A stretch of 64,000 nucleotides of DNA from assembly GCA_965232515.1 (NCBI GenBank), contig CBDDPY010000002.1:4160001-4224000 (forward strand). The letters run 5' to 3'. The translations under genes and the position numbers were made by a program. Positions 1 through 10,050 of this stretch are shown in pieces (positions within the stretch are counted from its first letter, which is position 1; every line of letters starts with the position of its first letter). The notes under the pieces were generated by a model that saw only the letters and a program-made list of their open reading frames with translations, did not search any database and had not been told where the DNA came from. Source of the DNA: Alphaproteobacteria bacterium. Its GTDB lineage: Bacteria; Pseudomonadota; Alphaproteobacteria; GCA-2731375.

Positions 1-353
1 AGCAGCAGCATGACGCCGGCGGCAACGTTGCTGAGGGTGCCCTGCAAGGCCAGGCCGATGGCCAAACCGGCCGCGCCGAGCACGGCGATCAGGCTCGCGG
101 TCTGGATTCCGAACTGCGACAGTACCGCCAGGCCGGTGAAGATCAGAACGAGATACTTGGCGAAACTCGCGAAGAAACCGCGCAGGGTAACGTCGAACTT
201 CTCGACCTTGCCGAGGCCCTTATCCACCGCCCGGTAGACCCAGCCCGACACGATCCAACCGACGATCAGGATGACGATCGCGCCGATAACATCAAGGCCG
301 TAGGTAGTGATCAGGCTGACGACCTGATCGGCGATCTGCTGCGCATCCGACAT
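1..353 (-). CDS. mscS: Small-conductance mechanosensitive channel, 5' part (truncated by window edge)
   Basis: Manual minus-strand translation from ATG at 353: MSDAQQIADQVV...FGIQTASLIAVLGAAGLAIGLALQGTLSNVAAGVMLL, the MscS TM2/TM3 signature. Not in the ORF track. Confidence 0.9.
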   Translation of the reverse strand, partial: MSDAQQIADQVVSLITTYGLDVIGAIVILIVGWIVSGWVYRAVDKGLGKVEKFDVTLRGFFASFAKYLVLIFTGLAVLSQFGIQTASLIAVLGAAGLAIGLALQGTLSNVAAGVMLL

Positions 354-739
354 GCTGCCTGCCCTCACCCGCTGTTGATGCCCCGACCCGCAAGTTTTCT
401 TGTTTGCGCGGGCCGCCCCGTTACTTGATCCCTGAAAAGCACAAATCAGTTTGCCCCGCAACAATTCGGTTCAATAGTGGGGAAAACTACCTATTCGCCA
501 AATTGTCCACGCGAATTTCTATTCGCGAATGGCGATGAATTTCTTTCTAATACGAGTTGCCGTTTGGCGGGCATTTGCCGCGGATTCCCGGCGCGACGTA
601 TGGCTATCGCCTGGCACGGCCGCAAGGACGCCTGCGCCACCGCGAAGGCCGCTTCAATGGTGTAACAAATTGAGGGCGATTGCCGGCGCGGGACCGTTCC
701 TTTCGGAACGATCCGGCGACCGACAAAAGGTCGCGGCTG

Positions 740-1342
740 TTACTGTAGTCGGACCTGGGCGTTGTTCCGTCTGGCTTCCAGCTTGTCCAGTTCGACCTGC
801 CTGGCTGCCTCGGCCTTTTCCATCTCGGCCGGGCAGTCCTTACCGCCTTCGACCCGATTGCACTCGTCCCGCACGGTCAGCATCGCGGTGTCCCACTTCT
901 TCATCAGCATATCGCGACGGTTGTCGTACCAGGCGTCGCGGGCGGCGAGGTCCTCGAACTCACTGGGCTCCAGCACGACGGTGACCCTGGGCGGATACTT
1001 CTGACCGGCGCCGCGGGCCGCATCGATGGCAATACCGACGACGCCGCCAAGCAGGATGTTGCCGAGAATCCAGCCGTCCGCGGCCGTGTCCATATCCTCC
1101 GTGGTCGGCAGGTAGCCGTCGGCGCTGCAGGTCAAGGTGATCGGCGCCGCCTTCGCCGGCAGTTCCAGGCTGGTCGGTGTATCGACGACCTGGACGAAGT
1201 CGTTGCCGTTCAATTCGCAACTGGCGACTTTCGGCACGGTCTCGATCGATGTCATGGTGTCGTCGTCGCTGACGACGCTGGCGCAGTTGGCGAGAATTGC
1301 GGGAACGAAACCAAGCACAAGAAAACGCGGAAACTTCATCAT
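740..1342 (-). CDS. Putative lipoprotein, hypothetical
   Basis: Signal peptide with lipobox-like LAN|C; Gly-rich hydrophobic segment GNILLGGVVGIAIDAARGA; helical C-terminus. Confidence 0.7.
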   Translation of the reverse strand: MMKFPRFLVLGFVPAILANCASVVSDDDTMTSIETVPKVASCELNGNDFVQVVDTPTSLELPAKAAPITLTCSADGYLPTTEDMDTAADGWILGNILLGGVVGIAIDAARGAGQKYPPRVTVVLEPSEFEDLAARDAWYDNRRDMLMKKWDTAMLTVRDECNRVEGGKDCPAEMEKAEAARQVELDKLEARRNNAQVRLQ

Positions 1343-1512
1343 GACCCCCCAACGAATCGTGTCACAGGAGGGTCAGCATATCGTCAGAGTAGATATAGCA
1401 ATAGAAAAAACGCTCAACCTAAGGTGCATTTGCCCTTGAACGGGGAGCGATGGGCGTCGTGCCGATCGCGGACGGCAACCGGCGGCCCGGCCAGGATCAA
1501 ACCGACCGACGG

Positions 1513-1926
1513 TCAGCGCGCCTGCTTCAGCTCGAATAACCCGCCGCAGCCGAACGCGGTATCGAACTTGCCCTTGCCGGCGCCCGACGTCGCGTCGATC
1601 GAGCCGCGGAAGTTTGCGAAGCTGCTCTTCATCACGACGACGCCACCTTCGTTCACCGTGCCGTCGATATTGATCCAGCCGTAGTGTCCGGCCTTGAACC
1701 GGCCAACGATCGCCGGCCCGTGCACCTCGAAGTCCAGGTCGAGCGACGAAACGCCATCGCATTCATTGATGTCGCCACCCATCAGGCCTTCACCCATCCA
1801 TCGACCGTCGAGTTCGGTGGATGCCGCCGGCAGGGCGATAATCGACTGCAACAGAAGCGCAGCGACAGCCGCGGGTACATAGGCAGTTCGAGCCATGGAT
1901 CCGCTCCCGATAGTTGCGGCATCCAT
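1513..1926 (-). CDS. Hypothetical secreted protein (start may be the second Met)
   Basis: Hydrophobic signal segment, then LDGRWMG; two Cys; beta-rich composition. Confidence 0.6.
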   Translation of the reverse strand: MDAATIGSGSMARTAYVPAAVAALLLQSIIALPAASTELDGRWMGEGLMGGDINECDGVSSLDLDFEVHGPAIVGRFKAGHYGWINIDGTVNEGGVVVMKSSFANFRGSIDATSGAGKGKFDTAFGCGGLFELKQAR

Positions 1927-1989
1927 GTTACGCGCGAACGGACAGCGTACGCTAGTCGGCGGGCGGGACGCCCGGATGGACCAGGCCGA

Positions 1990-2208
1990 CTATTCCTCGA
2001 TATCCGCGTCGCCGAGCGCCTTGGCCAGATAGTGGTTTTCGAAATCGGCCGGCGACAGATGCGTCAGCAGATCCGTCGAGCCGACCCATTGACAGCCATC
2101 GTGATCGAGCCGTCCCGGCAGCCGTAGCCCCCAGCTCTCACTGCCGGCGTCAAAAAACAACTCAAGTCCATAGCCCCCCGCAATGCGTTTCGCTTCGCTT
2201 GTCGTCAT
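1990..2208 (-). CDS. Small hypothetical protein, 72 aa
   Basis: AGAAGGA RBS upstream; protein-like composition. Confidence 0.55.
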   Translation of the reverse strand: MTTSEAKRIAGGYGLELFFDAGSESWGLRLPGRLDHDGCQWVGSTDLLTHLSPADFENHYLAKALGDADIEE

Positions 2209-2383
2209 CGTCCTTCTCGACCCTGCCCGTGATTGCGTGACACGCCGTTCCGCAAGTTACGTCGGCAACGATGACAACGATGTAACGGCCCGCCGTTCCA
2301 GCAATTGCCCCGCTGCCACAGATCCATAGATGGGGTGCCACGGGGCAACCGCCAGTCGCCTTCTATTTGCCACTCTGTTGACG

Positions 2384-2528
2384 TTTGCGTGAGCGCCGAT
2401 GCCGACGCCTAATCACGCGAAGCCGCGACGTCCCCCGATGGCGTTGACGGTCGGCCCGCCTGATCCCCCCTCGCAACATCAGGCGGGCCTTCTTGCCATG
2501 GGCCGCCGGTAGACGGCCCTTTTCTGTT
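2384..2528 (+). ncRNA. Candidate structured small RNA or attenuator leader
   Basis: Consecutive hairpins at 2384-2421, about 2423-2450, 2453-2489 (perfect 12-bp stem) and 2500-2519 followed by a T-tract; C-rich loops; lies in a 585-bp intergenic gap. Confidence 0.45.
2453..2494 (+). terminator. Intrinsic terminator-like hairpin
   Basis: GGCCCGCCTGAT/ATCAGGCGGGCC stem followed by TTCTT. Confidence 0.6.
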
Positions 2529-2792
2529 AGTAAAAACGAATTTCGCTGGTAGAATTTCGGCAAATGGACGGCTGCGCCGGGGACCATGCCGCGCGACCGA
2601 GGGGGATTGCCATATCGGCGGCGCGGGTCAGCGTCCGCGACATCGGCACGTCTGCCGGATGTCAGTTCCTTCGGCCAACCGGAACCGCGCAGCGGTAAGC
2701 AATAACGCGAATTCGGCGTCTACGGCGCGATAACCGCGCCTCGGGACGCCGATATGTCGGTCGATCGAACGGCCACGGAGGGAGGAAACATC

Positions 2793-3818
2793 ATGCAACG
2801 TAATCATCTCACCGCGCTTGCCGGCGCCATCGCCGCCGTCGGCATGCTGGCGTCCGCCGCCGTCGAGGCGGCGGATCCGATCCGCTGGCAGGTGCAGACG
2901 CTCTGGCAGGCGGGCAACATCAACCAGAAGGCCTTCGAGACCTTCGCCAAGAATGTCGAGGTCGCGAGCGGCGGGCGGCTGATCATCGAGGCCCTGCCGG
3001 TCGGCGCTATCGTCTCGGCCAACGAGGCGGCGGACGCGGTGCGCGACGGCCTGCTCGACGGCCAGCACTCGAACGAAGGCTATCTCGCCGGCAAGGAGCC
3101 GGCCTTTTCCGTCCTGGTCGACATGAACATGGCCTACGACTCGCCGGAACAGCAGATCATGTGGTTCAAGTTCGGCGGCGGCGAAGAGCTGGCGCGCGAG
3201 CTGCTGGCAAAGTGGAACCAGCATTATCTCGGACCGGTGAGCTGGGGCGCGGAATCGATCCCGTCAAAGATGCCGCTGGCATCCGTCGCCGACTTCAAGG
3301 GTATCAAGATGCGGGCGCCGGAAGGCATGGGCGCCTCGATCTGGCGCAAGGTCGGCGTCGGCGTCTCGACGCTGCCCGGCACCGAGGTCTACACGGCCCT
3401 GGAGCGCGGCAAGATCGAGGCCACCGATTGGGGCTCGCTCGCCATGAACGACGACCTCGGCTACGACAAGATCGCCAAATACGCCATCTATCCTGGCATC
3501 CATTCCCAGCCGATGGCCTGCGGTCTCTGCATCCGCAAGGACAAGTGGGACGCGCTGCCGGACGACCTGAAGCGGATCGTCGAGCTGGCGGTAACGCAGC
3601 TGCGCGAAGACATGTTGCTGACCAACCGCCTGCGCGACATGGAGGCGGCGGCGAAACGCGATCCCGAGACCCTGGTGTCCTGGTCGCCGGAAGCCCGCGC
3701 GGAGCTGCGCGGCATCGCCCGGGACGTCTGGCAAGAGTGGGGCAGCAAGAGCGAAATGGCCGACAAGATCTATCAGAGCCATGTCGCCTGGATGAAGAAG
3801 ATCGGCCTGCTGCAATAG
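2793..3818 (+). CDS. dctP: TRAP transporter substrate-binding protein
   Basis: GGAGG RBS; signal peptide; DFKGIKMR and EVYTALERGKIEA motifs. Confidence 0.93.
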   Translation: MQRNHLTALAGAIAAVGMLASAAVEAADPIRWQVQTLWQAGNINQKAFETFAKNVEVASGGRLIIEALPVGAIVSANEAADAVRDGLLDGQHSNEGYLAGKEPAFSVLVDMNMAYDSPEQQIMWFKFGGGEELARELLAKWNQHYLGPVSWGAESIPSKMPLASVADFKGIKMRAPEGMGASIWRKVGVGVSTLPGTEVYTALERGKIEATDWGSLAMNDDLGYDKIAKYAIYPGIHSQPMACGLCIRKDKWDALPDDLKRIVELAVTQLREDMLLTNRLRDMEAAAKRDPETLVSWSPEARAELRGIARDVWQEWGSKSEMADKIYQSHVAWMKKIGLLQ

Positions 3819-3930
3819 CCGCACGTCACCGTGACGGCGCCGGCCCGTCCGGCGCCGTTTCGACCCCGTTCGGGGCCGGGTCCTCGTGGCCCGGTCCCGC
3901 GCGCTTCGCGCATCGCCCCGGTGAGGTTTC

Positions 3931-4416
3931 GTGAATCCGACCAATCCCATCGACCGGCTGTCGATTCGTATCGGCAACGCCTTCAGCTACGTGTTCCTGA
4001 TTGCCGTCGCGCTGACCTGCTTCGAAGTGATCATGGACTATGTGTTCCGGTCGCCGACGATCTGGGTGCATGACTCGACCATCATGCTCAGCTCGATCGG
4101 TTTCCTGTTCGGCGGCGCCTATGCGTTGCAGCAGCATGCGCATATCCGCATCACCAGCCTGTACGAGCGGTTCTCGCCGGGCGCGCAGCGGATCTGCGAC
4201 ATCATCGGCCTGGTGCTGGCGCTGTTCTATCTCGCCATCCTGGCCTGGAAGACGGGCGTGCAGGCCTTCGAGTCGATCACGATCATGGAGCGCAGCGGGC
4301 GCGCCTGGAACGTGCCGATGCCGGTCGTCATCCGCTCGGCCCTGTTCCTCGGCACCGTTCTGCTGATCGCGCAAGCGCTTTCCAATCTCTGGGCGCTGCT
4401 GACGCGGGCCCGTTAG
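3931..4416 (+). CDS. dctQ: TRAP transporter small permease
   Basis: 4 TM helices; GGAYALQQHAHIRI motif; lies between dctP and dctM. Confidence 0.92.
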   Translation: MNPTNPIDRLSIRIGNAFSYVFLIAVALTCFEVIMDYVFRSPTIWVHDSTIMLSSIGFLFGGAYALQQHAHIRITSLYERFSPGAQRICDIIGLVLALFYLAILAWKTGVQAFESITIMERSGRAWNVPMPVVIRSALFLGTVLLIAQALSNLWALLTRAR

Positions 4417-4420
4417 CGCC

Positions 4421-5746
4421 ATGGATATGAGCATCGAGCTGATCTCGATCCTGATGCTCGCCACCATGGCGGGCCTGATGATCATCGGTATGCCGCTGGC
4501 CTTCGTCACCGGTTTCGTCGCCGTCGTCTTTTGCCTGATTTTCCGGGATGCCAACAGCCTGGTGATCGCCGCCAGCCGCACCTACGGCTTCGTCAACACC
4601 TATGTCCTGGTGGCGGTGCCGATGTTCATTCTGATGGCCTCGATCCTCGAGCGCTCGGGCGTCGCCCGCGATCTCTACGACGCGCTCAAGGTCTGGGCCG
4701 GCCCGATGCCGGGCGGCGTGGGCGTGATGACGCTGCTGGCGGCCGTATTGATGGCGGCGATGACCGGCATCATCGGCGGCGAGATCATCCTGCTGGGGCT
4801 GGTCGCGCTGCCGCAGATGCTGCGGCTCGGCTACGACCGCAAGCTGGCCATGGGCATCGTCTGCGGCGGCGGCTCGCTGGGAACCATGATTCCGCCCAGC
4901 ATCGTGCTGATTTTTTATGGCCTCACCGCCAACGTCTCGATCGGCGATCTGTTCATCGCGACGCTGATCCCGGGTCTGATGCTGGCCGGCATCTACACCG
5001 CTTATGTGATTCTGCGCTGCTCTCTCAATCCGGCCATGGGACCGCCGGCACCGCTCGAGGAACGCGCCATCCCGGCGATCGAGAAGCTGCGCATGCTGAA
5101 AGGCGTGCTGCTGCCGATCATGGTCGGCGTTTTGGTGCTGGGCAGCATCTATACCGGCGCCGCCTCGGTCAGCGAAGCGGCCGGCGTCGGCGTCGCCGGC
5201 GTCATCCTGTCGGCCTGGCTGCGCGGCGAACTGAGCTGGCAGATGCTGCGCGAGGCGTCGTACCAGACCATGTCGACCTGCGGCCTGCTGCTGTGGCTGA
5301 CCTTCGGCGCCAACACGCTGATCGGCGTCTACAACCTGCTCGGCGGTATCGCCTACCTGAAGGCCACCTTTACCGGCCTGCCGTTCGACCCGATCGTCGT
5401 CGTGCTGATCATGATGGCGGTGCTGCTCATCATGGGTTTCTTCATGGACTGGATCGGCATCATGCTGCTGACCATGCCGGTGTTCGTGCCGACGATCACC
5501 GCGCTGGGCTATGACCCGGTCTGGTTCGGCATCCTGTTCTGCATGAACATGCAGATCTCGTATCTGACGCCGCCGTTCGGGCCGGCCTGCTTCTACCTCA
5601 AGGGCGTGGCGCCGCCGGAGATTAGTCTGGACGACATCTTTCGCGCCGTGACGCCGTTCATCGCGCTGCAGGCCATCGGTCTGCTGCTTGTGCTGTTCTT
5701 TCCGGAGATCGCGCTCTGGCTGCCGTCCGTGTTTTACGGACTGTAG
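4421..5746 (+). CDS. dctM: TRAP transporter large permease
   Basis: LVAVPMFILM, GGSLGTMIPPS, YLTPPFG motifs; about 12 TM. Confidence 0.94.
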   Translation: MDMSIELISILMLATMAGLMIIGMPLAFVTGFVAVVFCLIFRDANSLVIAASRTYGFVNTYVLVAVPMFILMASILERSGVARDLYDALKVWAGPMPGGVGVMTLLAAVLMAAMTGIIGGEIILLGLVALPQMLRLGYDRKLAMGIVCGGGSLGTMIPPSIVLIFYGLTANVSIGDLFIATLIPGLMLAGIYTAYVILRCSLNPAMGPPAPLEERAIPAIEKLRMLKGVLLPIMVGVLVLGSIYTGAASVSEAAGVGVAGVILSAWLRGELSWQMLREASYQTMSTCGLLLWLTFGANTLIGVYNLLGGIAYLKATFTGLPFDPIVVVLIMMAVLLIMGFFMDWIGIMLLTMPVFVPTITALGYDPVWFGILFCMNMQISYLTPPFGPACFYLKGVAPPEISLDDIFRAVTPFIALQAIGLLLVLFFPEIALWLPSVFYGL

Positions 5747-5768
5747 CCGCACAGCGGGGAGAGACGAC

Positions 5769-6872
5769 ATGAACTTCCGTGCCGCCGTCCTGCACCGGAT
5801 CGACGAACCGCTCGCGATCGAGGAGGTCAAGACCACGGATCTGAAGCCGACCGACGTGCTGATCCGCAATCACGCGAGCGGCCTCTGCCATACCGATCTC
5901 GAGGTGATCCAGGGGTCGCTCGCCTATCCGCTGCCGATCATCCTGGGTCACGAAGGCGCGGGCGTGGTTGAAGCGGTCGGCGCCGATGTCACCCACGTGC
6001 GGCCGGGCGACCATGTCGTCGCCTCGTGGAACCCGCATTGCGGTCACTGCTTCTACTGCGATCAGGACCAGCCGATCCTGTGCGAGCCGTTCGGCGCGCA
6101 CCAGCCGCAAGGGCGGCTGCTGGACGGCAGCTCGCGGCTGTCGCTCGGCGGCGGACCGCTGCATCACTTCTCCATGGTCTGCTCGCACGCCGAATACAGC
6201 ATCGTGCCGGAATCCGGCGCCATCACCGTGCCGCGCGACTTTCCGTTCGACCGTGCCTGCCTGATCGGCTGCGGCGTGATGACCGGTGTCGGCGGCGTAC
6301 TCAACGTCGCCAACGCCCAGGTCGGCGAAAGCGTCGCCGTGATCGGCTGCGGCGCCGTCGGCCTGAACGCGATCCAGGGCGCACGGTTGGCCCGAGCCGA
6401 GCCGATCATCGCCATCGACACCTCCGCTGAGAAGCTTGCGCTCGCCGAGACCTTCGGCGCCACGGAGCTGATCGACGCCAGCCAAAACGAGGCGATACCG
6501 GCGGTGCAATCGCTGACCAACGGCCGCGGCGCCGACAACGTCATCGAGTGCGGCGGCAACGAGGCGGCCTTCCGGCTCGCCTTCGAGATCGCCCGGCCCG
6601 GCGCCGATATCGTGCTGCTGGGCAAGACCAACGTCGACAGCAACGTCTCGTTCCGCTGGGGCGCGATGATGGGCGAGAAGCGCATGACGCGCTCCAGCTA
6701 CGGCCGGGCGCGGCCGCGGCAGCATTTCCCCATGCTGGCCAAGCTCTATCTCGACGGCGACCTGCTGCTCGACGAGCTGATCAGCCGGCGCCTCCGGCTC
6801 GATCAGATCAACGACGGCTTCGCCGACATGGCCGCCGGCCGTATCGTCCGGGCGGTGGTGGAGATGGCGTAG
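5769..6872 (+). CDS. Zn-dependent alcohol dehydrogenase (class III-like)
   Basis: GLCHTD, GHEGAG, CGHCFYC..C structural Zn site, IGCGAVG Rossmann motif. Confidence 0.92.
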   Translation: MNFRAAVLHRIDEPLAIEEVKTTDLKPTDVLIRNHASGLCHTDLEVIQGSLAYPLPIILGHEGAGVVEAVGADVTHVRPGDHVVASWNPHCGHCFYCDQDQPILCEPFGAHQPQGRLLDGSSRLSLGGGPLHHFSMVCSHAEYSIVPESGAITVPRDFPFDRACLIGCGVMTGVGGVLNVANAQVGESVAVIGCGAVGLNAIQGARLARAEPIIAIDTSAEKLALAETFGATELIDASQNEAIPAVQSLTNGRGADNVIECGGNEAAFRLAFEIARPGADIVLLGKTNVDSNVSFRWGAMMGEKRMTRSSYGRARPRQHFPMLAKLYLDGDLLLDELISRRLRLDQINDGFADMAAGRIVRAVVEMA

Positions 6873-6877
6873 CGACC

Positions 6878-7681
6878 TTACGGCGCCCCGCTCCAGCCGA
6901 GCTGCCGGGAGATGTCCACCGCCGCCTCGGCCAGCGCCGCGCGCACCGTTTCGACATCGGAGCCGCCGTGTAGCGGTGTCAGGATCGGCACCGTCAGCGC
7001 CGCCACGGCGGCGCCGCTGTGGTCCAGGATGGGATAGCTGATGTCGGCCATGCCGTTGATGAAGTCGCTGTCGCAGTGTTCATAGCCACGCGCATCGATG
7101 GCGGCGAGCCTGTCCAGCACCGTCTGGCGCTCGGCCCGTTTCGGCACCTGCGCCGGCAGATCCGCCAACCAACGCGTGCGCACGTCGTCGGGTTGATGCG
7201 CCAGCAACACCCGGCCCGAGGCCGACTGAAACAGCGGGAACAGGCCACCCATGCGCACCAGAAAGCCCATGGCCTCCGGGCTTTCTTCCTGCGCGACGAT
7301 CATGATCTGACGCTGATGGTGCACCGCCAGATGGCAGGACTGCTGCACCGCCGCCGCCAGCCGTCGCATGGCCGGCAACGCCGCCCGCAACAGCTGCTTC
7401 GTCGGCGCCTGGCGGTGACTCAGCTCGAACAGCCGCAGCGTCAGGTAATAGAGATCCTCCGGCCGCGTGCGATAGACATAGCCCCGCTGCTCCAACGTCT
7501 CCAGCATGCGAAAGATCTCGCTGACCGAACGGCCCAGGCGCTCGGCGATCTGTTTCTGGGTGATGCCGTCCGCCTGATCGGCCAGCAGCTCCAGGATGTC
7601 GAGCCCCTTCTCCAGCGCCGGGGCGCTGTAACGGCCATTGGTCGTGGCGCGGGCCGCCATTTTTTGTTCCGGCCGCATCAC
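6878..7681 (-). CDS. IclR family transcriptional regulator
   Basis: YSAPALEKGLDILELL HTH start; SASGRVLLA effector-domain motif. Confidence 0.92.
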   Translation of the reverse strand: MMRPEQKMAARATTNGRYSAPALEKGLDILELLADQADGITQKQIAERLGRSVSEIFRMLETLEQRGYVYRTRPEDLYYLTLRLFELSHRQAPTKQLLRAALPAMRRLAAAVQQSCHLAVHHQRQIMIVAQEESPEAMGFLVRMGGLFPLFQSASGRVLLAHQPDDVRTRWLADLPAQVPKRAERQTVLDRLAAIDARGYEHCDSDFINGMADISYPILDHSGAAVAALTVPILTPLHGGSDVETVRAALAEAAVDISRQLGWSGAP

Positions 7682-7702
7682 CCGCTCGCATTTTTATGGA
7701 AG

Positions 7703-7724
7703 GAAAGCGCTTTCATAGATAAAA
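7703..7724. promoter_or_regulatory. Candidate operator in the divergent iclR/phyH promoter
   Basis: Perfect palindrome GAAAGCGCTTTC (7703-7714) overlapping imperfect TTTCATAGATAAAA in an AT-rich island. Confidence 0.5.
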
Positions 7725-7843
7725 TATATAGCCTGGTCGGTGCGTGTGCCCAGCGGCGGCGGAGATTAGGCAGACGCCGCCGCCGTGGCAAGACACGACC
7801 GGCCGAAACGAACGTTTGACGACGCGATTGGACGGAGGAAACG

Positions 7844-8710
7844 ATGACGGCAAGCCTGTCGGCCGAGGCGGTGCAAGCTTACGAGCGGGACGGCTACTAC
7901 TTTCCGCTTCGCGTCATGCCGGCCGACCGGATGGCCGAGCGTTACGAGCGCATGCAGGCGTTCGCCGCGGCGCATCCGGGCGAGGCCAAGCGCGCCTTCG
8001 GCGCCAAGTGCCACCTGCTGTTCCCCTGGCTCTACGACGTCGTCGCCGACGACACGATCCTGGACGCCGTCGAGTCGGTGATCGGGCCGAACATCCTCTG
8101 CTGGAGCTCTGGTTTCTTCAACAAGGATGCGCACGATCCGGCCATCGTCAGCTGGCATCAGGATTCGACCTATTGGGGCCTCGACCCCATGGACATCATC
8201 ACCGCCTGGGTCGCCTTCACGCCGAGCACGATCGACAGCGGCTGCATGCGCGTGATCCCCGGTACCCATACTGTGGGCCAGCTACGCCACGAGGATACCT
8301 TCGCCGAGCACAACCTGTTGAGCCGCGGGCAGGAGATCGTCGACGACATCGATGTGTCCAAGGCGGTGGACATCGAACTGCAGCCGGGCGAGATGTCCCT
8401 GCATCACGTGCGCATCGTGCACGGCTCCGGCCCCAACCGGACCGACATGCCGCGCTTCGGGCTGACCATCCGCTACATCCCGACGCATGTGCGCCAGCAC
8501 GGCGGCCGCACCACGGCGACGCTCGTGCGCGGCGTCGACGACGACAACCACTTCGACCCCGAGCCTCGGCCGACCGCCGACTACGACGAGGCCGCGCTCG
8601 CCTTCCACACCGACGCCATCGAACGTGTCGAGCGCATCCTCTACGAATCCGCCACCGAAACCGGCCGCCGCACGACCGGTGCGGCAGCGACACCGCCACC
8701 GGCGGAGTAA
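7844..8710 (+). CDS. PhyH-family Fe(II)/2-oxoglutarate dioxygenase
   Basis: WHQDSTYW (HxD), distal HGSGPN..R; GGAGG RBS. Confidence 0.9.
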   Translation: MTASLSAEAVQAYERDGYYFPLRVMPADRMAERYERMQAFAAAHPGEAKRAFGAKCHLLFPWLYDVVADDTILDAVESVIGPNILCWSSGFFNKDAHDPAIVSWHQDSTYWGLDPMDIITAWVAFTPSTIDSGCMRVIPGTHTVGQLRHEDTFAEHNLLSRGQEIVDDIDVSKAVDIELQPGEMSLHHVRIVHGSGPNRTDMPRFGLTIRYIPTHVRQHGGRTTATLVRGVDDDNHFDPEPRPTADYDEAALAFHTDAIERVERILYESATETGRRTTGAAATPPPAE

Positions 8711-8717
8711 CGGCGCG

Positions 8718-9074
8718 CTACTGCTTCTTCGCTGACCGCACCGCCGTCCGGCAACGTTTGAGGGCGGCATCCGCCGCCTTGGCGGTGTCGGTGCAGGCGG
8801 TGACGAGGTGGCGGCACTGGCTGACGGTGCGGCGGGCGCAGGCGCCCGTGCCCGCCTGGCGGCCGTAGCGGCCGAGGGTGTAGCTGGAATGGCCGGTGTT
8901 GCAGGCCTTCGCATCGGCGCGCAGCCGGTCGACGATTTTCTGGTAGCCGGCGTAAAGCGCCGTGCAGGCGCTGGCGTCGGTTGGTCGAAGCGGATCGGGC
9001 GGCAGGGCAATCTCTTCCGCATGCGCGAGGCCGGATGCAAAACAGATCAGCCCGGCCGCAGCCCAACGCCGCAT
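8718..9074 (-). CDS. Small secreted Cys-rich hypothetical protein
   Basis: MRRWAAAGLICFASGLAHA|EE signal peptide; 6 Cys in the mature part; starts 2 nt after the desaturase stop. Confidence 0.6.
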   Translation of the reverse strand: MRRWAAAGLICFASGLAHAEEIALPPDPLRPTDASACTALYAGYQKIVDRLRADAKACNTGHSSYTLGRYGRQAGTGACARRTVSQCRHLVTACTDTAKAADAALKRCRTAVRSAKKQ

Positions 9075-9076
9075 GG

Positions 9077-9925
9077 TCAGACGGTCGGCTGGCCGTGTTG
9101 GCGCACGACCGGGGTGGCGTCGGCGGGACCGCGGAAAGGCTGTACCAGCATTTGGTCGAGGCGCTGGTCGCGTGGCGTGCGGAAGCGTTCGAGGCCGATT
9201 GTCATGCCGGCATGGCCGGCCGCCGGCTGCGCGCGATAAGTGCCGAACAGGCGGTCCCAGACCGACAGGTTGAAGCCGAAGTTGCTGTTGGTCTCGCGCG
9301 GCACCACGGAATGGTGGACACGGTGCATGTCGGGCGTGACGAACAACGTGCGTAGCGTGCGGTCCAGGCCGGCAGGCAAGCTCACGTTGCCGTGGTTGAA
9401 CATGGCCATGCCGTTCAACACCACCTCGAAGATCAGCACGGCCAGCGCCGGCGCGCCCAGCGCCACGACGACGAGGAATTTCAAGCCCATCGACAGCAGG
9501 ATCTCGATCGGGTGAAAGCGCGCCGCCGTGGTGACGTCGAAGTCCTGGTCCGCGTGGTGCATGCGGTGCAGCCGCCAGAACACAGGCACGGCGTGAAAGA
9601 CCACATGCTGAAGATAGATCGCCAGATCCAGCAGCACGACGGCGAGCAGCACCGCGAGCCAGGCCGGCAGCGCCACGACGTTGAACAGACCCCAGCCCTG
9701 CTGCGCGGCGAAGACGGCGAAGCCGACGGCAGCGGTCGGCAGGCCGATGCGCACAATCACGGTGTTCAGCGCGAAGATGCCGAGATTCGACGGCCAGCGC
9801 GTCAGGCGCGACAGCGACAGCCGCCGGCGCGGCGCCAGCAGCTCCCACAACAGCATCGATGCGAACACGGCCGCGAAGCAGGCGAGCCGCACCGTGGGCT
9901 CGTGCATCAGGATCGTCTCGGTCAT
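9077..9925 (-). CDS. Sterol desaturase / fatty acid hydroxylase family protein
   Basis: His boxes HVVFH, HRMHH, FNH, HRVHH; WDRLFGT. Confidence 0.92.
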   Translation of the reverse strand: MTETILMHEPTVRLACFAAVFASMLLWELLAPRRRLSLSRLTRWPSNLGIFALNTVIVRIGLPTAAVGFAVFAAQQGWGLFNVVALPAWLAVLLAVVLLDLAIYLQHVVFHAVPVFWRLHRMHHADQDFDVTTAARFHPIEILLSMGLKFLVVVALGAPALAVLIFEVVLNGMAMFNHGNVSLPAGLDRTLRTLFVTPDMHRVHHSVVPRETNSNFGFNLSVWDRLFGTYRAQPAAGHAGMTIGLERFRTPRDQRLDQMLVQPFRGPADATPVVRQHGQPTV

Positions 9926-10050
9926 CGCCCCATCAGCCTACGCCTCTACGCGGCGGTGACGCCAATAACGTTTCCCGGCGTCGATGTGATTGCATTGTGC
10001 GCGAACGCCGCTCTACACTCATATCTGTTATAACCAGTATGAAGGTTATC

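Noticed and set aside
3833-3859. Hairpin after dctP as a novel element
   Set aside because: Single GC-rich stem typical of mRNA-stabilising structures after binding-protein genes
7844-8710. Possible non-heme iron halogenase
   Set aside because: Retains HQD (HxD); halogenases have HxG or HxA
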